64,000 nt of DNA from a virus (Duplodnaviria; Caudoviricetes): IMG/VR virus record IMGVR_UViG_3300028591_000119, positions 1 to 64,000 of that record. The stretch is one strand, 5' to 3'. The notes below the pieces were generated by a model, which saw nothing but the letters and a program-made list of their open reading frames with translations, searched no databases and was not told where the DNA came from. Shown here piece after piece: positions 39,201 to 47,534 of this stretch (positions are counted from its first letter, which is position 1; each line of letters starts with the position of its first letter). The position numbers were made by a program, and so were the translations under genes.

Positions 39201-40879
39201 AAGGTATAGGTTTAGTAGACGTATCTACCGGTTGGATAACAGATAACACGTCTGTAATAAGTTGTTTTAAATTATTTGGTTCAAATGACGTAAATATAAC
39301 TGATTGTATTTTAAATAAATTCAATCCTAATAAAGAGTCTTTAATAATCTTATCATCAGATCGTCAGATTGCTTCATATGATATAGATAACAATATTATA
39401 TATTCGTCAAATAGCGAATTACCTAATGCACCATTATTATTGGGAAGCAACACTAATATAGTTACCAATTTACAATCTCGTAGATTGAGTAGCAGCAGAA
39501 TATCTTCAGAAGTAGAAATAAACTCAGGTAATTTAGATGGATATTTACCTAATCATGTAGGTTTAACTATTGCTATTAAGGAATTAACTCCTTCCAATTA
39601 TGATGGTGATCCTTGGGTATTAAATAATGATGTTGAACCTAGTTTAAATCTACCTCAAACATTAACAGATTCACAATATGCCGGTATGAAAGACATCGAT
39701 AAAGAAAAATATCATATCCATCCTAAGTTAACAGTAAGATACGCCATGAATTCGCAACACGGATTCGATGCGGAACACGATGAAACACTGGATTGGACAT
39801 ATCGATCTTTATATATAGATGAATTCACTCAACATACTGAAGGAACATTTGAAATACTATATAATGGTGAAGTTATTTCTACTGAAACGTATTTTAATAC
39901 TTTATCAGATGAATTTAGACGTAAATGTAAAATCTATAAGCTAGAAACAATAAATTATACATTCGTAAGATTTACATTCAGTAGTAGAACAGGTACAGGT
40001 ATATATGATAGTGAATTAGATAGACGTATGACTAAACCTGTAACTCTTTATGCTTTCTACTATAAAACAGGCGAAACTGTTGATGAATATTATGGATATA
40101 AAATACTTCAAACTGAACATATAGTTAATGGTGAAGATACTATATATTCCGACGATTTCAATGAATACATTAAAGAGAATATTGTAAATAAGAACGATAA
40201 GTTTAATACTAACGTTGTTCCTGGGTGGAAAACAAATAATCCTCAATCTCAATACAAGAATAATGTAGTTAGCAGTATTCCAATTTTAACCAATATAACT
40301 AAAATATTCCCTATAAATGGATATGATGATGCTAATGAAAATAGATATATCTATCAATACATTATAAGTGATGGGGTTAAATCTCAGTTAATTCAATATT
40401 ATAACAATACATTATATATAATGGGTGAATATGATTACAACGATGGAAATGAATTAGTTGCTGTAAAATCATTACACAATGAAAACGAAACATATTTGAT
40501 TTATAAAAATCAAAGATTAGTAGTTTTACAAACTTACGAATATGTACCATCAGAGTATTCTATAGGTTTAAACAATAAAATAAAACTCATTGCTTCAACA
40601 GATGATCCCGAATCAGAAAACACATTAACGTATCTTACTGATGATAATAGAGTCGTAAATATTACATTTGCAATAAACAGATATAATAATACATCATCTA
40701 TATTTATCGGTAAAGATTTATCTAAATTCTACAAAGATAAAAATAACGTTAATATTATTAGTATGATAAACACAAATATAGAACAAACTGATAAATTTAA
40801 GTTTATACCAAACTATATGCGTTGGAGATACTATGAAGGAAATGATAAAAATAAACATTCACTCTCTCAAATAAATTAA
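33224..40879 (+). CDS. giant (~2550 aa) virion/tail-associated protein with degenerate InlB B-repeat-like segments
   Basis: GGAGG RBS before ATG 33224; segments GYEFAYWS...IYAIY, YTFFQWS...LYALF, KFVGWA...IDLYLVY and PVTLYAFY; late-type promoter. Confidence 0.6.
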   Translation: MPETKKYVSIPTIDNCNLPTSLIRKCKETYRKYGKYKLYDVLNADLNSKIKYNTEERDRFKKLELTKRYLYLYRKAMAETMGFVYNDDNQLSLLDEEIKEFDDTNKCPYCGQPLHKLSQIGLMKGFPKSHFNDVFKKYEHLVLFNRYPEKHSITVSLKQYLDDIKLPIQIGYEFAYWSMTSEKPVDISTQRVLDDNITDVLDDETYAMLSEEDKRNRVKLRSDLSILNFIDMNPESADYGKLSIYAIYKSNSDNVLMPIVKKYNITLNDIYSLYSENMMDNKRYKDAFDFLNHKSDYYEFGYFAIDTDKSVLKVIDKDKDVNVSVKEYLYENSHLANKEISLDIVSIFTAKPKINNANYVDFGKNIRQLAIEVLTEPYLIDTVSSTDADGNVKVEEVGKYTFFQWSMDDEASIFILEDDRSLAKLHEIDSIIDNNKIELYALFKYNVVVGTMAYDDDCYSSVYRQYKGIDKAYDKKVFNEYHSSIYTGDKANITEKQYSLLPDEEKAKYKLQRSLVSYRGYPNVAGSVNSYIKDGLLRIVRCESDNSENIDSDGQVQYNKYKKYQPYSHINNEPTGVCLTYSTPGDFEIWYNLNRELWYRYLNEYGKSKVKTKWLNSSDLNEEPRDSKPEDDDSNLWIEYVCSKKIGVTEYISLTDENKLNCEINKIYYEHEWIDVTDKYIQEVFNCHSIKEYNNKIGIKDRSYGVDTRSFADITNETYRIYKYWLDNDTNIDKTEIDFGKDYDIILTSKFLRNINDDGNYWLYPINESNRLSFLNLLNSATPENSSDLYYRYDKYIFFKDDIVDNPLEYTRLRPTDSTGSDRLKYTLENVWKCCSFENGDILIYRNHEWLKNESGNYVEDNPKITVSNLPIELQQAAFKYGVSTSFNIINDIDKLTNEYLLRYSDIIISGPGIDEVEYYDSSDKETTIPETIVKIRYSNIRESKNTLNIQREYKRRTDSNGESERIDNSGRGTQVYALIDKDIIGIDKYLELSQKTENIQSVNDNGQTIFTPVKIYPELEGKTRVELWIYWNDIVDMITETGIVETANGPITVFDKIKPPENNPIIYRLETDDEFTSRVNYATDSTNDLENNQIDPKYKFEYYGKSIEDDTLIVWREENKMDFYTSWYAQADVDMLNSSGERIISISGGYPDKKGNFVPITETSSNLRNTTIKSISYSDDALSILDDPNSETLQQENEQEQDTHVWWNQYGKYLTGSEKNNYIVNVGINFSGWVWTGWDNVAFYDNGKDKSLNIDECVLGNGGLIEAYPFNDFENYKSMGYQRVIFPKEYNKTYATKIAKVSGKNKLVNIADSNTKEPIRLLRFCNNQECELFKKRLDKSKWSFQNYGSYFLLNTPDNQAHPGLSLDEAMPNINIDGSMPSKDKYKTETSQIRFLNSEFDSPDATAAFGRRDGTSELRNKEVVIDPDNGSETYLLQGFSLDVYPWHYKNRKGDDDDRDINTHSGKIIKYLMHSVGGNATPNDLRFEFEYKYATDEFSISKMSSYTSDYNVYKIKEQLDALKQISHDKSIIPLRDRPIKEFQEQYKEVLFNTFENTLIQLNNSESPYSLFNKEELLIMNSILTDLFTFNKNNPNSTNFIDFKLEIISLMNEMMDYEYYRRNYWDENKQNSEYLLNKEIFDKILNIYDHKEEIINGGEIVADETTFKNFFKEQIKYKTIKLDNINRNIYDNKPIKRMIVKRTYNALVDTTLSEIIQSYGNVPEYSDATDENGNRLDKFVGWAKNDIASVYWNLAGNEANYPVDKNKSIDLYLVYDFETIKLTKNFLNLVEVFESVNNSTVYLKFDLEEDVGTMWYRGKDAIKEEIKEKLADLHERIALPSEFMCCLFNFISAPKRYNIYADENGNISSLFVPSGLITSPDKPIGLSIARKSNGNKYNNAIITKPWKLAKNNSNNQNVKEQYYLLYNDSEILAYSFFNNGWITDIYGEELAKKKFPLMKFSENPIKYVFPESKLLKIIPVSTKEHESVLVLIYDKGIGLVDVSTGWITDNTSVISCFKLFGSNDVNITDCILNKFNPNKESLIILSSDRQIASYDIDNNIIYSSNSELPNAPLLLGSNTNIVTNLQSRRLSSSRISSEVEINSGNLDGYLPNHVGLTIAIKELTPSNYDGDPWVLNNDVEPSLNLPQTLTDSQYAGMKDIDKEKYHIHPKLTVRYAMNSQHGFDAEHDETLDWTYRSLYIDEFTQHTEGTFEILYNGEVISTETYFNTLSDEFRRKCKIYKLETINYTFVRFTFSSRTGTGIYDSELDRRMTKPVTLYAFYYKTGETVDEYYGYKILQTEHIVNGEDTIYSDDFNEYIKENIVNKNDKFNTNVVPGWKTNNPQSQYKNNVVSSIPILTNITKIFPINGYDDANENRYIYQYIISDGVKSQLIQYYNNTLYIMGEYDYNDGNELVAVKSLHNENETYLIYKNQRLVVLQTYEYVPSEYSIGLNNKIKLIASTDDPESENTLTYLTDDNRVVNITFAINRYNNTSSIFIGKDLSKFYKDKNNVNIISMINTNIEQTDKFKFIPNYMRWRYYEGNDKNKHSLSQIN

Positions 40880-40886
40880 AAAAAGA

Positions 40887-40911
40887 AGACTCGGAGCATT
40901 GCTCCGAGTCT
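40887..40911. terminator. bidirectional intrinsic terminator
   Basis: AGACTCGGAGC-ATT-GCTCCGAGTCT. Confidence 0.88.
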
Positions 40912-40939
40912 CTTTATTATTAAATAAAAACTTAGTGAC

Positions 40940-41848
40940 TTATAGTGAAGACTTTAATCCGTGGCTTCTCAATGAAGATGAGCCTAAAGATGACGCAGAA
41001 GTATTACTTGTGGATGAAGAATATAGTGAAGACGTTCTATTCTTATTAATATTTAATAGACTTAATCTGCTACGTAAATTAGTTAACAACTTAGTCTGTA
41101 ATAATTTGCTTTCCTCAGGACTAGATGCCCTAAGATTAGTTAGATTTCTACTTTCCTCAAGTAATTGATTTTTTATCTTTTGTTTTTCACTTCCACTGTT
41201 CCATACTTTAGAGTTTTTACGTCGGTTTAACGCTCTATGTCTTAAATCTCGATCTTCTACTTCTTTCATTTTTTCATCTTGCGTAGAAAGTTCGTCAACC
41301 ATAGATTTATAATCCATATCACTCGAATCACAGAGCATATCGAGAACGTCTCTATAGAACAAACGGTGTTTATCCATATACATTATTGCATGATAAAGAT
41401 TTTCATCTATACCTAATAACAATGTAGGGTTTCTCACCTTAGGAGCATTCTTTAAAGAATATTTACTATAATAATTACTAGGAAGCTTTATCAATGCATT
41501 TCTTCTATTATAAGCATAGTTAAATGTAAACATAAACCTAGGATTATTATTAAATACACGTACATCATAATCTCGTATATTTTCATGTGTTTTCCATGCA
41601 CTATTTGGCGGAGTTAATTCGAATACTACATCATAAAATACCACATCCTCAGGGTATTTTTTATTTTCTTTAGAAGGAATATTGAAATAAATATAATATG
41701 TATCTTTAACTTTAGTCGCCGAAACTTCTATAGTACTTTCAACGAAATTTTTATATTTTTCCTTCAATTGTTCAACTAACGTTCTAAAACTTATCGCAGC
41801 AAATCCTGAACCAAATGGTGTAGAAATATCGTTAATTTTAATTGACAT
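40940..41848 (-). CDS. conserved jumbo-phage hypothetical protein with Ser-rich basic tail
   Basis: IPS.E....FYDVV.E...VF.N.P.F.FTF.Y pattern recalled from AR9-like phages; GAGG RBS. Confidence 0.7.
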   Translation of the reverse strand: MSIKINDISTPFGSGFAAISFRTLVEQLKEKYKNFVESTIEVSATKVKDTYYIYFNIPSKENKKYPEDVVFYDVVFELTPPNSAWKTHENIRDYDVRVFNNNPRFMFTFNYAYNRRNALIKLPSNYYSKYSLKNAPKVRNPTLLLGIDENLYHAIMYMDKHRLFYRDVLDMLCDSSDMDYKSMVDELSTQDEKMKEVEDRDLRHRALNRRKNSKVWNSGSEKQKIKNQLLEESRNLTNLRASSPEESKLLQTKLLTNLRSRLSLLNINKNRTSSLYSSSTSNTSASSLGSSSLRSHGLKSSL

Positions 41849-41871
41849 ATTATACCTCTATCAATTCAATG

Positions 41872-42117
41872 TTAACCATATTGGTATTCATCTCTATACA
41901 TCAATATAGCAGTATTGATAATATCAAGAACACGCGTCCTAGCATCTCTAGTTAATACTCCCCCATATTTTCTAAAACACGCTTTGGCTATAGGATGTTC
42001 ACTTAATTTTTCATGATTTGACATGATATCATTGATAAACTCTGTTTCTTTGAGTTTTCTATCATTTTCTATGATATTATCATTAGCTTCTTCAAATATT
42101 TCGTTAGGTAATGGCAT
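41872..42117 (-). CDS. hypothetical protein (81 aa)
   Basis: AAGGAG RBS; AACATTAAATTG motif at 42149-42160. Confidence 0.78.
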   Translation of the reverse strand: MPLPNEIFEEANDNIIENDRKLKETEFINDIMSNHEKLSEHPIAKACFRKYGGVLTRDARTRVLDIINTAILMYRDEYQYG

Positions 42118-42259
42118 ATTTTTCTCCTTTATAATAAGTTTATTTATACAATTTAATGTTTTTCAAAATATAATATTCTATTAAAATAATATATTATAAC
42201 AATGAAAACAATAAAATATTAGCATTCTTAAAACTTAGTAATGTTAAAGGAGAATTATT

Positions 42260-43330
42260 ATGCAAGAAGACGACCTGAATATTCTTCAAAGAATAACAGC
42301 AAAAAATAAAGTCCGTTATGATGAACTTGATGTAAATATTAAAGACAAAATAGTTGGTACAAATTGTTATGTATTAATTGATTTTATGTCTTTATTTACA
42401 AATGTACAATCTTTCAAAGAAGGTTTAATTGACGATAAAGATTTTGATATGCACGTTGCTATAGAATGTTTGAATATATATGCTCATTATAAACATTATT
42501 TTCAGACACGCGATGCCAATCACGTTATTTTAATAGGATTCGTTAAAGATAAATACTTCTATGAAAAGAATAAAAATATTATGGATATGTTGTACGAATT
42601 TTCGAAATTCTTTCCAAACATATACACTATTCCGAATATAATAAATAAAGGATTGAATACTCATATTGTAGAAAATGTTATAATTAATATGAGAGGAGCT
42701 TTCAATTCAAGTCAAGCAAAGCAATCTGCGATATTTTTAATGTCATCAAATTCATCAGATAGACAATTGTTATTTGCTTTTCCTACTAAAACCGCTTATA
42801 CCATATTTAAAGGATATGGTTTTGGACCAACCACATTTATAAGTAAAGAAGATATTTTACTAAAAATAATGAAAAAACAAGAATATTTAGATAATTTTAA
42901 TCATAAAGCCGAATTAGAATATCTTAATGTTTTATTAGGAAAATTCTTCAACACCGTGAAATTTAAAAATCCTAGATTCGATAAAGCCACGATAAATTAT
43001 AAACATACTAGAATACAAGATAAAATAGATATACTGAATGATTTTGTTGAAAAAACATATAATCCTTCCTTAACAGATAATATGTGTTTACAATTTATGA
43101 AATATTTATTAAATATCGGTGATGTTGATGATGATGGATTTAGTAAACTTTCAGAATATGAACAATTCTATGATTATAGATTCCAAAATTCTTCAAGAAT
43201 AGATGAAATAACTGTACCATTGTTTAGACAATGGAAACAGAAAATAAAAGATTATTCTATCTCAAGAGAATCTGAAAATTATAAATTATTAGTATCACAT
43301 ATGATGTATACTAATTGGTTATTAACATAA
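42260..43330 (+). CDS. conserved jumbo-phage protein, possible PIN / T4 RNase H-like 5'-nuclease fold
   Basis: N-terminal VLIDF.SL, N..AHY.HYF and a later I.LMSS...D.QL pattern; catalytic acidic residues appear incomplete. Confidence 0.4.
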   Translation: MQEDDLNILQRITAKNKVRYDELDVNIKDKIVGTNCYVLIDFMSLFTNVQSFKEGLIDDKDFDMHVAIECLNIYAHYKHYFQTRDANHVILIGFVKDKYFYEKNKNIMDMLYEFSKFFPNIYTIPNIINKGLNTHIVENVIINMRGAFNSSQAKQSAIFLMSSNSSDRQLLFAFPTKTAYTIFKGYGFGPTTFISKEDILLKIMKKQEYLDNFNHKAELEYLNVLLGKFFNTVKFKNPRFDKATINYKHTRIQDKIDILNDFVEKTYNPSLTDNMCLQFMKYLLNIGDVDDDGFSKLSEYEQFYDYRFQNSSRIDEITVPLFRQWKQKIKDYSISRESENYKLLVSHMMYTNWLLT

Positions 43331-43340
43331 AGGTAAAAAT

Positions 43341-44804
43341 ATGAGTGCACAAGAAGAAATCCCAGATATAAAAGATGAGAATAAACAATTTTATTTATAT
43401 AAGTGGTACTTTGAGTTTTATGATGCGGACAATGAAAAAAATAAAATATTCCCAGATAAAGTTATAAAAATAGTAAAACATTCTCCGTATAAACAAAAAG
43501 TACTACCTATACTAACTGCGACTATGCGTTTCACTAATATTGATTTAGTGAAACTAAAAAATATACAAAAAAGATGTTTATGTACGATTACATGTAAAAG
43601 TTTAATTATGTCACCAAATGATTCATCCGATGAAACTGTTGCATCAGGTCATTCATATACATTAAGTGATTCTAAAATAGAATTTTCTTCTACATTTGAA
43701 CCAGTCTTTGATAAAAACACTTTTAAAAGTAAATTTAATGATGATGAAACTGTTGAAAATGAAGAAAATAAAGAAGTTAATGATACTGATAATACACCTG
43801 ATTCGCCAACACAAGTAGTTTATATTACTTTCTTTAATTTAAGTGCTCAAAAAGCTATCAAAAATCTATACAATATCGTAATAGAAGAAGGAGCAACTGT
43901 TGGAACAGTGCTGGAATGGATTTGTTCAGAAACAGGATTGAAATATATAATAGATAAACCTGCTAACCAAAATGAACAACCTGAAATTATAATTCCTCCA
44001 TTATCACTTGTACCTGCTATAAATTACATGCAAGAAATGTTTGGCGTATATGAAAACGGATTACAAACGTTTATCGATCTTTATGATAAAGATAATATCA
44101 TTTATGTTTTAGATAAATTCAACATTGAACATGATAGAAAACATGGTGATACGCCACTAACACATGTATACTATTTAGATATCGATAAAACTGGTCCTAA
44201 CAGTATGATTAGATCTGAAAACGATGATAAAGAAGGAATGTATATAGGTATACCATTGATGAGATTTTCAAATGATGAGGTAATGAAAGGAGAATTATTA
44301 GGAAATAATTTTATATTTTCATCTTTTGAACAAAGTATTGACGCAGTTTCGTTCGATACAGATAATAAAGTTGTTTCTGGCACTGAAAAAGAAGTTGCAA
44401 CTGTAATGAAACGAAATACCGAAACACATAAATCCAGTGGTGAAAAGACCGTATGTGATTACGATGAACTAAACAATTTATTGAATATGGCGAGTCAATT
44501 TAACGCTATAGAATCATACGCTGAACGAATACATATGATTTTACAGAATGTAAAGATAGATGATTTTGCTGTGAATAAAATCATTGAAATGCATTTTCAA
44601 AATACCACAAAAAATTTGCAATTAGGTGGAAAATATTATTTAAATGACGTTGAATACACGTTCGATTTATTACCTAGTGCAAATACAGTATTTAAAATAG
44701 ATAGTAATTTTACTGAAGAAACTGATTTAGGATATACACCAGCAGTAACTAGTTGTAGATGTACTGTAGATATATCTAGAAGAAACCCATCTAAAAAGGC
44801 TTAA
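43341..44804 (+). CDS. probable baseplate hub / tail structural protein
   Basis: Y...VLP.L...., IDKPAN......IIIPP.S...AI.Y.Q..FGVY..G and GKYYL..V.Y.F layout typical of gp27-like hub proteins. Confidence 0.5.
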   Translation: MSAQEEIPDIKDENKQFYLYKWYFEFYDADNEKNKIFPDKVIKIVKHSPYKQKVLPILTATMRFTNIDLVKLKNIQKRCLCTITCKSLIMSPNDSSDETVASGHSYTLSDSKIEFSSTFEPVFDKNTFKSKFNDDETVENEENKEVNDTDNTPDSPTQVVYITFFNLSAQKAIKNLYNIVIEEGATVGTVLEWICSETGLKYIIDKPANQNEQPEIIIPPLSLVPAINYMQEMFGVYENGLQTFIDLYDKDNIIYVLDKFNIEHDRKHGDTPLTHVYYLDIDKTGPNSMIRSENDDKEGMYIGIPLMRFSNDEVMKGELLGNNFIFSSFEQSIDAVSFDTDNKVVSGTEKEVATVMKRNTETHKSSGEKTVCDYDELNNLLNMASQFNAIESYAERIHMILQNVKIDDFAVNKIIEMHFQNTTKNLQLGGKYYLNDVEYTFDLLPSANTVFKIDSNFTEETDLGYTPAVTSCRCTVDISRRNPSKKA

Positions 44805-44818
44805 TTTTAAATAGTTAA

Positions 44819-45233
44819 CATCTATATGACCTTGATTTTATATGGTAAAACGAGGTAGTAGATGGGCACCTGCTAGATAATCTTTACAAATCAAATAAAG
44901 ATCGGTAAAATGTATTAAATAGAATAAATTTATACGTCCTCTCCTTATATATACTTTTTAAGTTTTTTTTCAAATGAAAACCCTTCTTTTTTGTTTGTTT
45001 TTTATTAAAATAATGAAAACTGAGCTGCTAATATAAACTTCTTCAACTTCACAAATCCATGTCATGAATAGAATTATATTGTTTTTGTCATTAAATATCT
45101 CCAAAAATACGATACTTTTGATTTGAAGGATTATTAAACAACTGTCTATGTCCACCGATATAACGTCGTTATATCAATGGTGGGCATTATTAATAAATAG
45201 AACAGGAGGGTTTTCCCTCCTGTTCTATTTATT
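44819..45233 (+). ncRNA. candidate structured non-coding RNA or long 3' UTR
   Basis: About 430 bp without a credible ORF; two long hairpins with G-U pairs on the + strand (44819-44864, 45148-45187); late-type motif at 44817-44828; ends at a terminator. Confidence 0.4.
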
Positions 45234-45234
45234 A
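45191..45234. terminator. bidirectional intrinsic terminator
   Basis: TAATAAATAGAACAGGAGGG-TTTT-CCCTCCTGTTCTATTTATTA. Confidence 0.9.
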
Positions 45235-47517
45235 ATAATAAGAAGATGGAGGAGTAGTTTTAAACGGATTAGTTGCTACACCAAATTTCTTTGTTGTATC
45301 CGAAATAACTTTTCCTAATGGACCTCCACCCACTACTTTTATCATAAGATTGGTTCTACCTACTGTTCCATCATTTCCATCACCAAAACCAAATACATCG
45401 TATGAACGTAATGTGTTGTTTAAATCTTTAAGTTTATGATTAAAGATATTCATCAAGTTCGCCCTTTCTATAAAATCTATACCAGCTAAATTAGCAATGA
45501 AATTATTCATCCCCATATTACCTGCTTTTGAAATCGAATTAATACCACCATCCAAACCAGCAGCAACATCAGGTAACATGTCTTTAATAGAAATCGATAT
45601 CGAAGTTGTTCTGAAAAATCCTTCAACTGTTCTATCGTTATTATCTTCACCTCTGTTTATAGAGAAAGATGTGATCATTCCCATAGGAACAGAAAATAAA
45701 CCTTTGCAGAACACTTTCACATAGAACGGATTAGTATAACTTTGTATACCTATTTTTCTAGGAGCAGCTAAACATGTGAAAAAACTTATTGGAACATATT
45801 CGTTTTCATATATAGATAATCTATGACCATACGGTGTTCTTAGTTTCATTGAGATAGAATATGATTTATCATAAGTTGAGTCCGACCATACATCAGGTAA
45901 AATGAATCTACCTAAACCTGAGGCGACCATGCCTGCTTCTGATGATAATCCGATTTCAGCTAATCCTTGTTTCACGACATTCGATGCACTATTTAACACG
46001 GATCCTTTCACGTTATCAATAATTGCTGTTGGATCACCCATGTTAATATCGGCTACTGGATCGCCAACAATGCTCGTTAATCGTGTTTGATTAGCTTCAT
46101 TGAATTGATTATTATATTGGTCTTTTACAGGATGTGCCATAGTAGAGTTTGAAAATGATTCTGATGAAGTAGCACCTTTATCAATAGCCACAGGAATAGT
46201 TAAATCAGCATAATCCCATCCTGAAATTTTATTTCTTTCATCAATATCAGGTTCTTGATAAGATTTATCTGAACGTGTAGATATTTTTTTATGCCTAAAT
46301 TGGGGTAACATTCGTAACGCTGACAATATTCCTTTGAAATCACACTCATCGTCTAATGCGCCTAGATATCCGTTTCTTATTTCTACAGAAGTACCGTCTG
46401 GTGTTATATCATATGTAGTTTTATTGGTACTATCTCTAGCTAGTGGGTTATCTGCATTTCCTTTATCACCAAACGCATCTTTAGCAGAATCGTATTTCAG
46501 TGATTTATCAAAATCAACAAAATCAGTATTGAAAGCATTGCTATCATTGCCAAATGAAACTAAACCCATCCACATTGCAAGTTCGGCTACCATCTCATTT
46601 ACAAATTTTATATATTTGCTAAACTCAGGTGTCCATTTATACCAAGTAGCAGTATCAAGAACAATTTTTGATCCAAAAGATAATACAGATTTAGCAACTG
46701 CTGAGGTTTTAGATGCTAACCATTTCATAGGTCCACCTTCACCCCTTAAATATTCCTGATATCTTGCACTTTGCTGATTTATAAAACCACTTGCTAATTT
46801 TATACCTGACGTATTAACTTTTACAGTCCCAGGTTGAAAATACACTATAGGCATATTGTAATCGTATATTTCCTCAGAATATAAACGTCCTATTTGAGGT
46901 CTACGAAAATCACTACGTACATCATCGATTTCATTGAATTGGAATGACGGGTTTATGACATTAGCTTCACCCATTCTAAGACCATGTGATTTTTTAGCAT
47001 ATTCTTTATAACTTTCTATTTCAGAAATGTAATTACCGAATCTATGATTCATGTTGTTTTCGAACATAGCTTTTATGTATGTTGAGTCTTCTAAACCATT
47101 GTTTTCATAATCATCCCAATTATAAACGTTTTTATCTTTAGACTTACTTTTACTTTTAGCTGTTACATTTTTCATAATATTCGTCAGAATATTATCTGAT
47201 GATAAATTTGGTGAACCTAATTGTAATATATCAAAAGAATTAACTTTCTCTTGGGACATAGCATCTAACATCCTCTCGGACATATGTCTTCCTAAATCCC
47301 TAAGAGTAAGTTTTCTACCTTTTGAAAACGGTGCACCTAATTCAGTCAAATATACTCGTCCGTTATCTAAATTATAATCCAATCTTGATCTTACATCTAC
47401 TTCTTCATTTTTACCATCAAAAACGCTATCTATTAATTGATTATTAGTAGATAGCGATGATGGATTTGTTGAAGGATTTCCGATGTATTGTTCTTTCATA
47501 TACATCATCTCAGACAT
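45232..47517 (-). CDS. virion structural protein (baseplate / tail-tube-initiator-like)
   Basis: FQF...DD.R...GR.Y.E.I, SESFSNST, LPDVWSDS.Y..SY....KL.TPYG and Y.NPF.V......MG.I.S.SI.RG motifs recalled from phiKZ/AR9-like baseplate proteins; adjacent to the tape measure. Confidence 0.62.
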   Translation of the reverse strand: MSEMMYMKEQYIGNPSTNPSSLSTNNQLIDSVFDGKNEEVDVRSRLDYNLDNGRVYLTELGAPFSKGRKLTLRDLGRHMSERMLDAMSQEKVNSFDILQLGSPNLSSDNILTNIMKNVTAKSKSKSKDKNVYNWDDYENNGLEDSTYIKAMFENNMNHRFGNYISEIESYKEYAKKSHGLRMGEANVINPSFQFNEIDDVRSDFRRPQIGRLYSEEIYDYNMPIVYFQPGTVKVNTSGIKLASGFINQQSARYQEYLRGEGGPMKWLASKTSAVAKSVLSFGSKIVLDTATWYKWTPEFSKYIKFVNEMVAELAMWMGLVSFGNDSNAFNTDFVDFDKSLKYDSAKDAFGDKGNADNPLARDSTNKTTYDITPDGTSVEIRNGYLGALDDECDFKGILSALRMLPQFRHKKISTRSDKSYQEPDIDERNKISGWDYADLTIPVAIDKGATSSESFSNSTMAHPVKDQYNNQFNEANQTRLTSIVGDPVADINMGDPTAIIDNVKGSVLNSASNVVKQGLAEIGLSSEAGMVASGLGRFILPDVWSDSTYDKSYSISMKLRTPYGHRLSIYENEYVPISFFTCLAAPRKIGIQSYTNPFYVKVFCKGLFSVPMGMITSFSINRGEDNNDRTVEGFFRTTSISISIKDMLPDVAAGLDGGINSISKAGNMGMNNFIANLAGIDFIERANLMNIFNHKLKDLNNTLRSYDVFGFGDGNDGTVGRTNLMIKVVGGGPLGKVISDTTKKFGVATNPFKTTPPSSYY

Positions 47518-47534
47518 AATTTAACCTTCCTTCA

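Noticed and set aside
44970-45155. 61-aa minus-strand ORF in the 44.8-45.2 kb gap
   Set aside because: Non-ATG start inside a hairpin, no RBS, and it lies downstream of a strong terminator.
44805-45233. tmRNA, RNase P or group I intron identity for the non-coding region
   Set aside because: No tRNA-like acceptor/T-arm ends, RNase P P4 consensus or intron core motifs recognised.
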